A stretch of DNA of 64,000 nt from Octopus sinensis (GCF_006345805.1 NC_043003.1:67890001-67954000), one strand, 5' to 3'. Positions 40,871 to 55,202 are shown, counted from the first letter of the stretch. Program-made: numbers and translations. Notes: a model not told the origin generated them from the letters alone.

Positions 40871-42356
40871 CTGTGTGTGTGTGTGGAAAAAGTCAAAATA
40901 GAAAATGCTAAAATAAATTTATAAAAACATTTCAGTACCGGTTTCAGTCATTTAGACTTTTTCAACTGTAAGTATGGAAAACAATTACATTTTGGAAAAA
41001 ATTAAAAGAAGAGTTTTTTTTAAGAATATTTGCATAGTGTTCAAATACAAGTGGCATTTTCCTTGTTTCTGCCTGTCTCTGCCTCTCTTATTCACTCTTG
41101 TCATACACATTTATAAATGTATACATAGTATGTATATGTAGTACCTGTTGTAAAACGCTTGCTCTTTCTTAGAAGTCAGTGAATGTCTCATTCAATTGCT
41201 ACCCGGTGTTTTATGGTTACAGAGGATTATTTATGTAAAATGATTCCGATGATTATAGATGGAAAGAACCTGTAAATGTACGTTACGCGACATTGCTATG
41301 TTCATTAGAATGTGAATACTTTCCTTTAAGTATGGCTACTATTTTTGGGCTTCATTGACGTGCGAAATAGCTTCTTTCAGTATATGGTCAAATTGTCATT
41401 AGAATTGTATGTATTAAAGACATAGAAATACTCATAGATGCTTATATAAGTAAAGGTGTGCTTGCGAACCACTGATATATGGAGCTGAATGAGACTTAAC
41501 AATAAACATAGTTTTACTCTCAAGAGAAAATCACCCAGACAATATATGATCTCATACTATTATCAAATTTGTTTTTAAAATAATAAATTTGTTTTATTAC
41601 ATTGAAAACTACTTTGTTTTTTTTAAATGTCCGCTTTCTTGTTCTACGTTTTCGACATAAGTGCACATATTTTTTCTACGGTTAACTAACAGCTTTATCG
41701 TTGCATAGCGGTGATGCATTATGTCGATTTCTATCCGCATTAATATACCTGATAAATAAATAGTTTGTTGATAACTTGTTAAAATGTAAAGATAAACAAA
41801 TTAAAATAATAAATATTGTTTTTCCATGAGGTATAAAAATATCTCATAAATGAAAAGAAATTGAAATTCAGTGACCTGTACAACGGCATTAGTCATACCG
41901 ATACGCTGAAAATATCGATATACCGTAGCACTCAAAAGTATAGAAAAACGCTTTCAATTTCTCGTAGCAATAAAGATGAAATACATCAATGCATTACGAA
42001 GGGATATGAAGGCTGGTGTAGGTATGAGGTATCTTGATTTACTTCATAAACACGTACAAAATTTGAATTTCATATCACTAGATTATCTAGACGAAATAAA
42101 AGTAATATAACTACATAAAACATACGTATGTTGTGATGCCATGCATATACTGTGATGCATCACGTTATGTAGCCATTGATGTGATTGAAGTTAATAGACA
42201 AAAATCAAGGGTCGTGCGAAATTTTTTTTCAAAATCTAAATGAAAAAAGGACATTCATGCATATGCATAAAGGCATATAATCACCTGCATATACATACAC
42301 ATACACATGAAACGCAGCTATAGGCAATCAAGTCAATCTATCTATCTATCTATCTA

Positions 42357-42389
<33 letters not shown>

Positions 42390-42539
42390 GCCTATCTATA
42401 AAGCTAGCTCGCTAGCTAACTATTTGTGTTTCTATCGATTTGTCTTTTTCTCTATGCATTCATACATGCATTCAAACAGACACACAAACCCCCCACGTGG
42501 TTAGTAAGCAAGCTATTTACTACACAGACACTACTGCGC

Positions 42540-42598
<59 letters not shown>

Positions 42599-44030
42599 TA
42601 GATATATATATATATATTATATGTATACACATACATACGCACATGCATGCTTGCATGCACACGCACACACCTACACGCATGTACGCATACATGCATACAC
42701 ACAACACCACACGCACGTACAATACATACCTACACACACATACATACATACACACACACACTTCCACAAATACACACATACCACACACACATAATACAAC
42801 ATAACATACACCCATACACATACACACATACACACACCCATACTTACATACACTCCACCGGACACATATACACACAGACATACACCACATACACACTCAC
42901 ACATACATACAACACACACACTACTCACACCTCGCATGCACGCGCACACACATGCACATACACACACTTCCACACATACACACATACATACATACACACT
43001 CACACACACACATACACACACACATACATACAGACATACACCTATACACACACACATATACACACACACATACTTACATACATTCAATCGGACACACAGA
43101 CACACAGACATACGCACATACACACTCACACATCTACACACACACGCATACCTACACACACACTCGCATGCGCGCGCACATACATGCATGTGCGCGCTCG
43201 CGCACGCATACATACATGCATGCACCATGCCCGTGGGTTGTGACTAGATCTCGGGTTCGTATCTGGGGCCAGCGTGTTCTTGGGTTTCTCTTACTCCTGT
43301 CACCGCGGGAGCATTTTTCCATCTTTCCGTCAGTTGCAGTTTGTTTCCTTGCATGCATATATATACACACACATATAATACCCCTACCTTTTGTACACAC
43401 ACATCTATACCCCTACCTTTTGTACACACACGCACACACATACATACTCTCACTCCCACACACACATTTGCATATATATATACAATATACTTACACACAC
43501 TTACACACGTACAAACACACACAAATTCACATGCACACCGGAACATACACACACCCAACATATACCTCCACGCGCACGCACACATACACATACGTACACA
43601 CATATAAACACAGACACACACATACATACGCACACCTAAACACGCGCACACACGCGCACGCACACATACATACATGCACACAAGTATACATACACGCACA
43701 TATAAGCACACACACACCTACATATACCCTCTGTTAAGCAAATTTACTCGCCATACATACAACAAACGCACACGGACACACACATACTACAACAAAACAC
43801 ACACACGTACACACGCACGCACACATTCCCTTTCTTCCTCCTTTTACTACTGACCTGTGACTGCTACGTCCACTAGATTTCGCCCTACGTACACACACTT
43901 ACACACAGACGCACGCACTAATAAACACACATTTTTTTATCTCGCACAACGTTACAACCGCTGTTCGCCACTAGCCGTCGCCTTACACACACATACACAC
44001 ACACACACGTACATACTCACATACACACCC
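42540..44030. repeat. Cryptic (CA)n-rich low-complexity region
   Basis: About 1.5 kb of degenerate CA/TACA/CG repeats, which account for all H/T/Y-rich ORFs predicted here. Confidence 0.9.
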
Positions 44031-44300
44031 TCTTCTTCCCACTCATTGTGTTTTTACCTACCTTCTTTTTCCGCTCTCCTGTCTTTGAAAACCTGTCCCC
44101 TGTCGTCTACGACTTCCTGCTTTTCAGTATGTTTACCTCGTGAAGACCAGTCGCGTTATTTTTCCCTCTGTCCTCCCACCTCGGGATCTTTCTTTCTCTT
44201 ATGTTTCCGACGAAGAGCTCCGCTCGAAACGTCATACCCTCCTTCTTCCCTTTTTTTCTGAGCGCCTAATAATAATACTTTCATTGTTCCACCTCTTTGT
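44030..44300 (+). mobile_element. Penelope-like terminal fragment with a degenerate hammerhead motif
   Basis: gttt-CCGACGA-a-gagc-tcc-gctc-GAAAC-GTC-atac at 44203-44237. Confidence 0.6.
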
Positions 44301-44614
44301 GTTGCTGTCTTCTTGTTTGGATTAACCTTATATATAAATATTATATATATATATATATTATATATATAAATTATATATATGTATGTATGTATATGTATAT
44401 ATATATAAATGTATATATATATATATGTTATAATATATATATATATATAATATATTATATATATATATATAATAATATATATATATGTATGTATATGTAT
44501 ATATATATAAATGTATATATATATATGTATATATATATGCATATATATATATGTATATATAATATATATATATGTATATATATATTTGTATATAATGTAT
44601 ATATATATATATGT

Positions 44615-44654
<40 letters not shown>

Positions 44655-44659
44655 GTGTA

Positions 44660-44906
44660 TTGGGTTGGTACACAATTGTTGCGGCTTTTTTTCTCAACAT
44701 CTTATTCGATAAAAACAATAACATGTCACAAAACAACTTTAAATGATTATTCCGGAGCATATTCACCATCTACTTCAATTATTCCTTCCCATTTGCTTCG
44801 CAGACGGTCAGACCGTCTTCTAAAGATGTTTTTGATAAATATTGTTATTGTTTTTGTTGTATAATATTTGTTGAAAACAAGCCGCAATAATTATGTACCA
44901 ACCCAC
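44660..44906 (-). mobile_element. Internally deleted mariner (MITE-like) with both TIRs and TA target duplication
   Basis: 26-bp TIRs match at 23/26, TA flanks both sides, and the interior encodes the transposase C-terminus DRLRSKWEGIIEVDGEYAPE*. Confidence 0.88.
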
Positions 44907-45072
44907 TATATATAAACATATATAGGTTATACATATACATATGCATATACCTATGTATGTGTAAATATACATATTTATGTGTGTGTATATGTGTATGCGT
45001 GTGTGGTGCATGTGCGTGTGTGTATGTGACGGGAAATAGAAATGCTTGTATATGCATATATATGTACATAAA

Positions 45073-45105
<33 letters not shown>

Positions 45106-45429
45106 ACACGCACACACACACACATACATATATATATATGCTATCTTGGTAATGTGGAAAGCAAATGATGCGTCGTTGCACGTAATGATCCCCAAGTCTT
45201 CGACTGTCAGTCACTCTGGGATTGTTGTACCTACGGGTCCTGTATAAGCAGGCTGTAGGGCATTCGTTAGTTGATAGTGCAGCACTTGACATTTTCCCGC
45301 ATTAAACTGCATGTTTTTAATTTCGCCCCACTTCTATATCGAATACACCTTCCTCAGTAAACTTGCGGCATCATCATCATTCTTTATTGCCTATGATAAA
45401 TTTGTCCATATACAGATATAGATACATAC

Positions 45430-45473
<44 letters not shown>

Positions 45474-46248
45474 GCGGACAGATATATAGAGTTCACCCTC
45501 ATATGTGTATGTTTGTCTGCATGTGTGCCTGTGTATGCGCCGATACATAAATAGACGTGGTTTGTGTAAGCGTGATAAATAATGCCATGGCTGGCGTTTT
45601 GCCGTGAAAGAATGTAATAATCACATAAGAAAGAATTGAATAGAGTTGAATAAAGATGTCTGGTTCAGGAATTTAGTTTGAAATATAGAAATTATTTCAA
45701 TGCACATTCTAAGAATGAATATACCTAAATGACACTCTCGCAAAATATATTCAAATAAATGATAGCTTTCTTATCCAAAGTTTTATCTGTTGTCTCGCTT
45801 CATTTCTCTCTTATTCTAATTCTACACCTTTGTCTCCATCTACTCACTCTTTTCTCTATACTTTTTCATTATTACTCATTCGGTTTGCCTCTTTTCTATG
45901 CTTAATATACAGTTTTAACAGTTTTCCTTGCATTCGTCTACCTTGGAATGTTTTCCTCTTCGTAAATGTTTCTTTGTATTCAGATCTTTCCATGAAATTA
46001 CCATCATCTGTGGTCCGGTGATTTACGTTGAAATGAAATTTGCGTACGTATCACTTAGAGATGCGAAATACACAGTCTGTGCTTGTTTTAGAGGCGTTAA
46101 ATGTTGCATACGAATGGATATGAATATTTACCGTATAGTATTCATTCATTCAAAATAATGTATGTACATATACATAGATACAAAATACATACCACACAGA
46201 CACACAGACACAGACCACACACACACACACACACACAACACACACACA

Positions 46249-46298
<50 letters not shown>

Positions 46299-46849
46299 CT
46301 AAACAAAAATGGAATAGTAATGTAAAAGGCGACAAAACATCTGGACAGTTAGACGATATAAAAAAAGGACAGGAAAAAACAAAGATCGTCTTTCCAGTTT
46401 CGGCCACGTATACTCGTGACTGCACTAATCTGGCCGGCCCCATGAAAATCGAAGCTAAGAGCACTAGATACTTTGGAAGTAAGCAAACGAATGTATAACA
46501 AGAACGAAAAATAAAACGGAGAAATAGTACACAATTACAAATACGAACAACAGGATATTAACAACAGGTGTCTTTCGACTAAGGACGAATCAAATTAAGC
46601 TGGTATGAGTGGAAGTGAAGCGTTACGGCAGGACATACATACATACACACCTATATAAATATATAAATATATGTATATATATATATATATATATCTATAT
46701 ATATATATATATAATATATCACATAACAGGATGCGATGGGTACATTATCGCCATTCCTTCTTTTCATTTGCGCATGCAAATGTTTGTTTTTAATTTTGTC
46801 GGCTAAACACTATAGTAGGGTCAGCTGGGCACCGTCTTCGCGAAAAACA

Positions 46850-47960
46850 GCACTATAACGTAAATCCCTCAGCCAGAAAATTGTAAACTACATGCTGTAC
46901 ATCTTGGCATTTCAGAGTGTTTGGATGTCAAACCGAGCACAGTACAGAGGATTCGGAAGGAGTTGGATGGGTCTAATGGTGATTACGAAGGTTAGGCAGC
47001 GCGAAAAAGTTAGTCTGATCGTTCTGATAAGAAAAGAACTCTTGAAATTGTTGGTGAGATCCAGACCATAATTGACAACAAACCCTCCAAGTCAATCAGG
47101 TCCATCGCGAGGAACAAGAAAGTGTCTGAGTTTATTGTTAGGCAGGAAGTGCATGAAGACATTCGGTAATCTTCATTGAAGATGAGAAAGGGCCAACTCT
47201 TATCGCAAGCCATCAAGCTTCTGAACAAATTCAAGCATCCCCTTCAACCGAACATGCTTTGGCTTTTCTGAGACGAGAAAAATTTCTACCGGGGTCTCTT
47301 GGTGAACACACCGAAAAACCGTTGGCTTGCCGTGTCCCCAAAACATGTACTGAAGGTAATGAAAGTCAAAAGACGAGTCAACATCGTGGTGTTCGAAGTG
47401 ATCACTAATGATGGGGACGTTATGACTCCATTCGTCTTTCCGCACGGCCTCATACTCAACACACAGGCCCACATCAAGTGCCTGGAGGGTGTAGCGCTGC
47501 TCTAGATCAAGAGGGTGGCTGCTGGAAGACTGGCAACAGTACTCTGCATCATGACACACAAGCAGGAAAATCCAGTCATGCCTGTCAGACAATTTCTGTG
47601 ACCACGTCACCCCTGACGTCTGGCCACTCCTCACACTGCAAGCGCCTTGTTATTACGTGTGGGGCCCAGTTGATTGTGAGACCAACAAAACTCCTTGTAA
47701 CACCAAAGATGAATTGAAGGCAAGGTTTATGGTAGTATTCACCGACTTAAACAGGGAGACCGTCCAGAAGTCTTGCAGTAGATTCCGAAGTCGTCTGGAG
47801 GCCGCGGTCGAAGCGAATGACGATTTTATTGAATAAACTTACTCTTTAGTATTTCAAGATATTTTTACATAATCTTGGTAAAATATATCTGCTAAAATAA
47901 GATGTCAGTGTTAGTTTCATTTTTGCATGATTTAGAAGACAATTTATTCATCGTACCCTC
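46850..47960 (+). pseudogene. Decayed Tc1/mariner transposase (maT/DD37D-like by inference)
   Basis: LWLF*DEKNF, VVFEVITNDGDVMTPFVFPHG, WQQYSAS*HTSRK, YYVWG and RFRSRLEAAVEANDDFIE*. The 3' end reads ...accctc|TA. Catalytic residues are partly mutated. Confidence 0.88.
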
Positions 47961-48042
47961 TATGTGTGCGTGCGCGCGTGTTTGTGTGTGCGCGCGCGTG
48001 TGTGTGTGTGCGCGTGTGTGTATGTATGCGAATATAGGCTTA

Positions 48043-48365
48043 GAAGTGGGTGTGTGGTAAAAACCTCACTTCCCAACCACAGCTTTGTAAGTGGATTTGA
48101 TAGACAGAAACTGAAAGAAACGCATCGTATGTGTGTGTGTGCGTGTGTGTGTATGTTGTGTATCTGTCTGTATGTCTGTGTCTGTGTCTTTGTTTCTGTG
48201 TTTGTCTCCCCGCCTATTACCGCTTGACAACTGGTGTTGGTGTGTTTACGTTCCAGTAACTTTGCGGCTCGGCATAGACACTGGGATTGATTCATTTTAC
48301 TATAAATTGAAGGTGGTGTCCCAGCATGGCCGCATTCTAATGACTGAAACAAGTAAAAAGATAAA
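48043..48365 (+). mobile_element. SINE family A, diverged
   Basis: Head, TG tract and tail are recognisable. Confidence 0.8.
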
Positions 48366-49499
48366 AGGTATATATATATATATATATATGTACATACGTC
48401 TGCGTGTATATGTGTATGTGTGTGTAAAATAACACGTTGAGATACCCGAATGTCAAGTTATATGAGTGTGATCTGAAATATCTTTCGATTACAGCACATT
48501 TCACACGAAAACCTATTCTAGGAAATACTCAAAAATATTCCATCAAGAAATATAAGGAATTTTTCAGGACTCTTCTTCCTCAAATGTATAACCTTCGTAG
48601 ATTTGAGTACTATTCTTGTACATTTGAAATAGTAATAGAACATATATGTAAACTTCTAAAATAGTTTAGTTATTTCTGCATACTTCCTCCTATTAACTTT
48701 ATGTAAACTATCTGATATTTCCTCTTTGTATATGAATGTTTGCCTTTAATATTTACGTGTTAGTAACCTGTAATAGAATACAACATTTATGTAATTATAT
48801 TGTTATACCTGTATTGTTATAATTATACTGTTATATTGTTATAATTATCCAATAAACAAAATTTACAAAATATAAAGCTATCTACATAGATATTTAGACG
48901 AATAATAAAATTCAAATGATGTGAATACGTTAAGTAGGATGAAAACATACGAAAGAAGCAATATGAAGTTTATATATTCAAATGTTTTCTTGTTTTTCGT
49001 TTTTCATAAAGTTTTCAGTTTCATATTCTAGCATGAGATATTTACGTTCCCCTTATAAAACACATATTGGTTTCATGACACATCTCAGATATCTCTAGCA
49101 ATCAGAGCAATTTGCACACACAGTTTGGTTGATTAGCATACTTTAATTTCAAGTGTACTAATTGTTTCGAAGCTCTTTGAAAATCCTTACGTTCACAGGC
49201 AGTAAATGCTGCTGAGCCCAGATCTCGTATGGTACTGTGGATAGATCTTAATATGTTCGATAGGTATGTGACTTTCAATACATATGTTAATATATATCTG
49301 CTTCCTCCATTATTCCACTTAGACTAGGTGATATTTCGCGAGCAGTTACTAACACAAATGGATGATAACATGAAAGTATGTTGAAGGTGCATGACTTGCA
49401 GATTTATATTTTGAACAAACCAATTTTACGTTCATTTCGTGAGCAATATAAAACATCTCAGACACTCCAATGATTGACCAGTAATTAAATAGTTCGTAG

Positions 49500-49690
49500 A
49501 GTCACATAATTCTATCAATAATTTAGCGGTATTTCGTCTGTCTTTACGTTTTGAGTTCAAATTCCACCGAGATCGACTTTGCCTTTCATCCTTTCGGGGT
49601 CGATGAATTAAATACCAGTTGCGTAATGGGTTCGATCTAATAGACTGGACCCCTACCCCCAAATTTCGGGTTTTGTGCTTGGTGTAGAAA
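49500..49690 (+). mobile_element. SINE family C, partial
   Basis: Core gagttcaaattccaccgagatcgactttgcctttcatcc is present. Confidence 0.8.
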
Positions 49691-50384
49691 ACAATAAAGA
49701 TTTATGCATGAAGGCAGCGAGCTTGCAGAACTTTTAGTACGGTGGTTAAAATGCTTACCAGCATTTCGTCCGATTTTAATTTCTGAGTTCGGTGTGATCT
49801 TTTTCTCATTTTTCCTGCAGATGTGTTTTCCTTAGTAGAATGTATTAGTTGCTGAGTGAACTTTGATGGGTTTTTTTAAATTTTTATTTGACAAAAGTTA
49901 TTCTACATAAAAACATAGAAGTGTACATCTTCATGTTGGTTTCATTGAATAAGCATAACCGTTATTTCATCTGACCAAAACAATTGAAGTCAGTTCATTA
50001 CAGTATTTGACATTTCTCTAACGTTACATAGAATGTGTCTTTGATCTGAAGTTACAGTGTGTTTAAATCATCATAATGCATGAACACACTCTTCTCAAAT
50101 ACAACAGCCACAGTTAGATTCTTTGTAAACCCCGGGACACGCCCTCACTTGCCCATCGCATACAATCTGTGTACGTTGTATAAGAACATCGTCTGATTCA
50201 CCTTCACTATCAGCTGAAACATAATGGTTTGCGCGATCACTCTTCTTGCCACTATCAACTCCATTCACATCTGCGTCGACATCAAAAAGGCAATTTTTCA
50301 GATGTTAGTTTTTCAGTCTTTTATTAGACATGCTTTCCATAAATCACGGCAGATATTTCCTTAAAAATAATACTCTTTTACTAT

Positions 50385-51005
50385 CTTTTACGCTTTTACT
50401 TGTTTTAGTCATTTGACTGCGGCCATGCCGGAGCACCGCATTCAGTTGAGCAAATCGACCCCAGGACTTATTTTTTGGAAGCCTATTACTTATTCTATCG
50501 GTCTCTTTTGCCGAACCGCTAAGTTACGGGGACGTAAACACACCACCATCTGTTGTCAAGCGATGTTGGGTGGGACAAACACAGACACACAGACATATAC
50601 ACACATACATACATCGCTCTCCTGTGTGACCCTTCTGTCCGACAGTCACCATGATAGACCGGTAGCCACTACACACATTTTTTTCTCTTCTTGTTTCTTT
50701 CTGTGTTCCTTTTTTTGTGGAAGAGCGTAGGCTCGAAACGTAAAAGACTTTTTCAATTCCTGAGCGTTATACTAATACACTTGTCTTCGTCTTTTGTTTT
50801 TTTCGTGAATTCTCCCTATATATATATATATATATACATATATATGACAGGCTTCTTTCAGTTTCCGTCTACTAAATCCACTCACAAGTCTTTTATCTGC
50901 CCGAGACTATAGTAGAAGACACTTGCTCAAGGTGTTACACAGTGGGAATGAACCCAGAACCATGTGGTTGGTAAGCAAGCTTCTTACCACACAGCCACTC
51001 CTGCG
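50385..51005 (-). mobile_element. SINE family A interrupted by a Penelope-like terminal fragment (about 50620-50820)
   Basis: The two SINE halves flank an insert that carries gagc-gtag-gctc-GAAAC-GTA. Confidence 0.85.
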
Positions 51006-51949
51006 CGTATACATCTACGCGTGAACAGTAATACAGAACATTCCTTAACTGATACAGAGATCGCTCAAAGAAACAGTAATAAATGGAAATAAGAGGTAAA
51101 ATGGAATACCGGGCAGTTAGAAAGTTGACGAACAATTTCGGCATTGCAGTTGTTGGCTTGACGGTTATAAAGAGTTAATTCTTTCAATTAGTTGCATAAA
51201 TTGTTTAACGACAGCTTTTGTCAGGAGTGACATTTTTCTCATTTTTCTCATTTTTTTTCCACAGATGTATTTTGGTTAATAGTATATATCATAGTCACCT
51301 GCCGCAGGCGACACAAGTTAACTACTACTGAAATGGTTTCTTTCTTTCTTTGTTTCTTTTACTTATTTTTTTGATTAAGTATCAAATATTGTAAGATGTC
51401 TTAAGTATTTACTCTAGAAAACCCAATATACACTTGCAATTTCTGAAGATTTTTCTAATATCACAGAAAATCGTAAAGAATTATTCGTATAGGAATCAGT
51501 TCTGTTTATTATATATACAAATGTTAGGATGCCACATGTCGTGCTTAATTGCAGAAATAAATCTTTATTGCTGACGAAAACAGAGATTTGTAGCCGATTG
51601 TGTTTATTAAGACAGGTTGATTTCTCATCTAAGCACATTCATTCATTTCAGATTCTTATAACTGATGTTTTCTATAACCTAACTACAGGAAGATATTTTC
51701 AACTTCATGTAACATAAACATAATGGAATATTTTGAAAAAATAAAAAAACTATGAAAAACTTCTGCTTCAAACAATTACTGATGCAAATTAGACTAACAA
51801 GTTTATAACTGAAGATATTCAAATTTCATAATAAATTCAGGATGAAAGCTGTTTAGATTTTTTTTCTGTTATATAGTTTTGTATTCCATTAGTCTTACGT
51901 CGATATGAAAATGGAAGAATTTATATCACTACTTATTTAACTTGCGAGT

Positions 51950-52560
51950 AAACTCTTTTCTACTCTAGGCACATGGCCCGAAATTTTGTGGGAGGGGACC
52001 AGTCGATTAAATAGATCTCAGTACGCAGCTGGTACTTAATTTCTAAACACCGAAATGATGAAAGGCAAAGTTGATCTCGGCGGAATTTAAACCCAGAACG
52101 AAAAAACAGACAAAATAATGCTTAGCAATTCACTCGGTGTGCTAACGTTTCTTATTTCTTTATTGCCCACAAGGGGATAAACAAATAGGGGACAAACAAA
52201 GACGGATTAAGTCGATTGTATCGACCCCAGTGCGTAACTGGTACTTATTTAATCGAACCCGAAAGGATGAAAGGCAAAGTCGACCTCGACGGAATTTTAA
52301 CTCAGAACGTAACGGCAGATGAAATACCTATTGCTTTACTACCCACAAGGGGCTAAACACAGAGAGGAGAAACAAGGGCAGACAAACGGATTAAGTCGAT
52401 TTTATCGACCTCAGTGTGTAACTAGTCCTTAATTTATCGACCCCGAAAGAATGAAAGGCAAAGTCGACCTCGGCGGAATTTGAACTCAGAACGTAGCGGC
52501 AGATGAAATACCGCTAAGCATTTCGCCCGGCGTGTTAACGCTTCTGGTAGCTCGTCGCCG
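51950..52560 (-). mobile_element. Tandem trimer of SINE family C
   Basis: Three head-to-tail copies of the core (about 51950-52150, 52151-52327 and 52328-52560). Confidence 0.85.
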
Positions 52561-52820
52561 TAAGTGCGAGTAAATTACATACGTACCACAATGAGATTAT
52601 TTCATGTGTGCATTACAGCGCTAATCAATATATCAAGTTCAAGACAATAATGGCTAATGGTATTGATATGAATGCAGTCTAACAGACATCCTCTTTATTA
52701 ATATGCAGTGAAGCCACGTTCTAGGAAGCATCGCGAAGCACCATACTAAATAGTATGTAAAGTATTAGGAAAAAATGTACATTAACATAAAAACATAAAT
52801 AGCATAGACACTGGATGGAC

Positions 52821-52960
52821 ATGTAAGTGCAGGCGTGGCTATGTAGGCACAGACACGACCATGTAGGCGAAGGCGTGGCCATATAGGCGGAGGCATGACC
52901 ATATAGACACAGGCGGGGCCATGTAGGTGCAAGGGTGGCCATGTAGGCTTAGACCTGGCT
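52821..52960 (+). repeat. Seven-unit 20-bp minisatellite fused to a SINE A head
   Basis: Units such as atgtaggcgaaggcgtggcc repeat with an exact 20-bp period and run into a SINE A copy ending near 53100. Confidence 0.9.
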
Positions 52961-53098
52961 GTGGTATATTGTTTCCTAAGCACATGGTTGTGTTCAGTCC
53001 CACTGCCAGGAATATTTAGCAAGTGTCTTCTTCTTTAGCCTCAGACCAACCAAAGCTCGTGATTGGGTTTGGTAGACGGAGACTGAAAAAGTCTCATC

Positions 53099-53225
<127 letters not shown>

Positions 53226-53226
53226 G

Positions 53227-53258
<32 letters not shown>

Positions 53259-53295
53259 TGTATGTATATATATATATTATATATATATATATATA

Positions 53296-53342
<47 letters not shown>

Positions 53343-53343
53343 T

Positions 53344-53460
53344 ACACCAGACAACAAAAACATCAGACCAGGACATCAGCGGCTCTAGCATATCTAGTGC
53401 ACAGACACAGATATGCTACAGCCGCTGATGTCCTGGTCTGATGTTCTTGTTGTCTGGTGT
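53344..53460. repeat. 52-bp-arm fold-back hairpin
   Basis: 53344-53395 versus 53409-53460 match at 50/52 with a 13-nt loop. Confidence 0.95.
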
Positions 53461-53745
53461 CACTTCCCGTAGATTATCCCTGGACTTGATTCTGGTGATT
53501 CCGTTGCTACTGGCGAATCCGGCATTGCCGGTTATATAGTTGGTGTTGCTGCTGCCGTCGTATCTTTTGGTATTGTTAGCATTACTGCTAAATGCGCTGT
53601 TGCTGTCATCGCTGCCGCTGACATTGCTGCCGCCATTGTTGCTGTTGTCCGTAGATGTGTCGCTGCTGGCTACTCTGTTGCTCTGGCTGTCCATGCTGGC
53701 TACCTCCTCAGCCTCATACACGTCTTTCTTAGCTTCGCATCGACT
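53461..53745 (-). pseudogene. Decayed glutamine-rich coding-like segment, probably from a mobile element
   Basis: One minus-strand frame reads QHGQPEQQSSQQRHIYGQQQQWRQQCQRQR* with further stops compatible with CAG>TAG and CGA>TGA changes. Confidence 0.4.
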
Positions 53746-53774
53746 TCTTACTGGGCAGTCATTATATTCCACGC

Positions 53775-54095
53775 TTTAAGGCGACGAGCCGGTAGAAGCG
53801 TTAGCACGCCGGACGAAATACTTAATCGACTGGGCCCCTTCCTAAAAATTTCGGGCCGAGAGTAGAAAAAATATATTAATACTAGGAAGGCGGCGAGCTG
53901 GCACAATCGTTAGTAAAAAAATAGGTTTTTCGTCTGCCGTTACATTCTGAGATGGAATTCCGCCGAGGTCTACTTGGCCTTTCATCCTTTCGGGGTCGAT
54001 AAATTAAGTACCAGTTGCGCACTCTGGTCGAGCTAATCGACTGACCCCATCACCCAAAATTACTGGCATTGTGCCTAGACTAGAAAAGATTATAT
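53775..54095 (+). mobile_element. Two SINE family C copies (one deleted, one near full length)
   Basis: Heads ggcgacgagccggtagaagcgttagc and ggcggcgagctggcacaatcgttag, plus the core. Confidence 0.8.
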
Positions 54096-55052
54096 TCCCA
54101 GTGGTGCGGGGAGGCAAACCCAACGGCTTACTGGTTTTATCAATAAAAAAATACATCAGGTTCTTTAGAAAAGAAAAAATGTTTGAAGTGTCTTTCGACA
54201 TCGTACCGGCATCTGAGAATTTTTCATGTGACAAAAATATTCAAGTACCTGAATTGTTGTATTTAATTTTTTATTTATTTCATAATTATCATGCCATTCA
54301 TCTAATATAATATGCAACTTGCACTTAAATTTTTGAAGTATTTACCATCTCTCAATGCAGAAGTCTCTGACGCTGTGATTCCTTTCCCTTTCATTTCAAT
54401 TGAGATTTTTTTCAGTGATTTTCAATATTTTATGATCACCTCTAGCAACCCCCATTGAATATATTTTGTGTATTTTGTTTACCATATTTCTACCTACTCA
54501 TACTTTATCCACCCTTTTAAATCACTACCCCATCCGCTGTTATTCAATTTAAATTTTATGTAAATATTTCTTATTTATTTATTTATGCATTCATCTAATA
54601 CTACTAATTTCAAAATTTCATCACTTCCAATTTTCCACCTAATTTTTTTCACTTGGTTTCTTTCATTGGAGACTTAGAACTTTATGAGCACTAATCCTCC
54701 TTTACTTTTCCTATTCATTTTCTCTTATTTTATTGTTACACGCTCTTTCTTACTTTTCTCTTTTCCTTTTCCTATGTTCCGTTCCTACATTTTTCTCCTT
54801 CCTTTCTTTGTGTCTTATTTTTTTCCCGTTTTATCCTTCTTTTGATCACCAGAACTTATGAAAAGAAAACTATATTTATATATGTGAAAATGCTATAACT
54901 TTCTAGTCCTAGCTTGCCTGAAGTTCCTGTGCACTTAGTTGTTAAACTCAGAGTACCATGTGAGCGAAATCTAGTATGTTAATGAAAGGCTAATGTGTGC
55001 CATCTTTTCCGAGTTTACATTCAATCTCTCTCTCTCTCTCTCTCTCTCTCTT

Positions 55053-55098
<46 letters not shown>

Positions 55099-55170
55099 TG
55101 TATGTATGTATGTATGTATATATATGTATATATATATGTATGCATACGTATATGTATATGTATGTATATC

Positions 55171-55202
<32 letters not shown>

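Noticed and set aside
49191-49263. Overlapping exon candidates on both strands (49199-49263 plus, 49191-49234 minus)
   Set aside because: Both have plausible splice sites and open frames, which shows how easily chance hits arise here.
51950-52960. CRISPR-like repeat array
   Set aside because: The units are SINE copies and a minisatellite, with no unique spacers or cas genes in a eukaryotic context.
53416-53772. 118-aa S/N/D-rich ORF as a real gene
   Set aside because: It is the shifted frame of a decayed CAG-rich repeat, and its start lies at a SINE junction.
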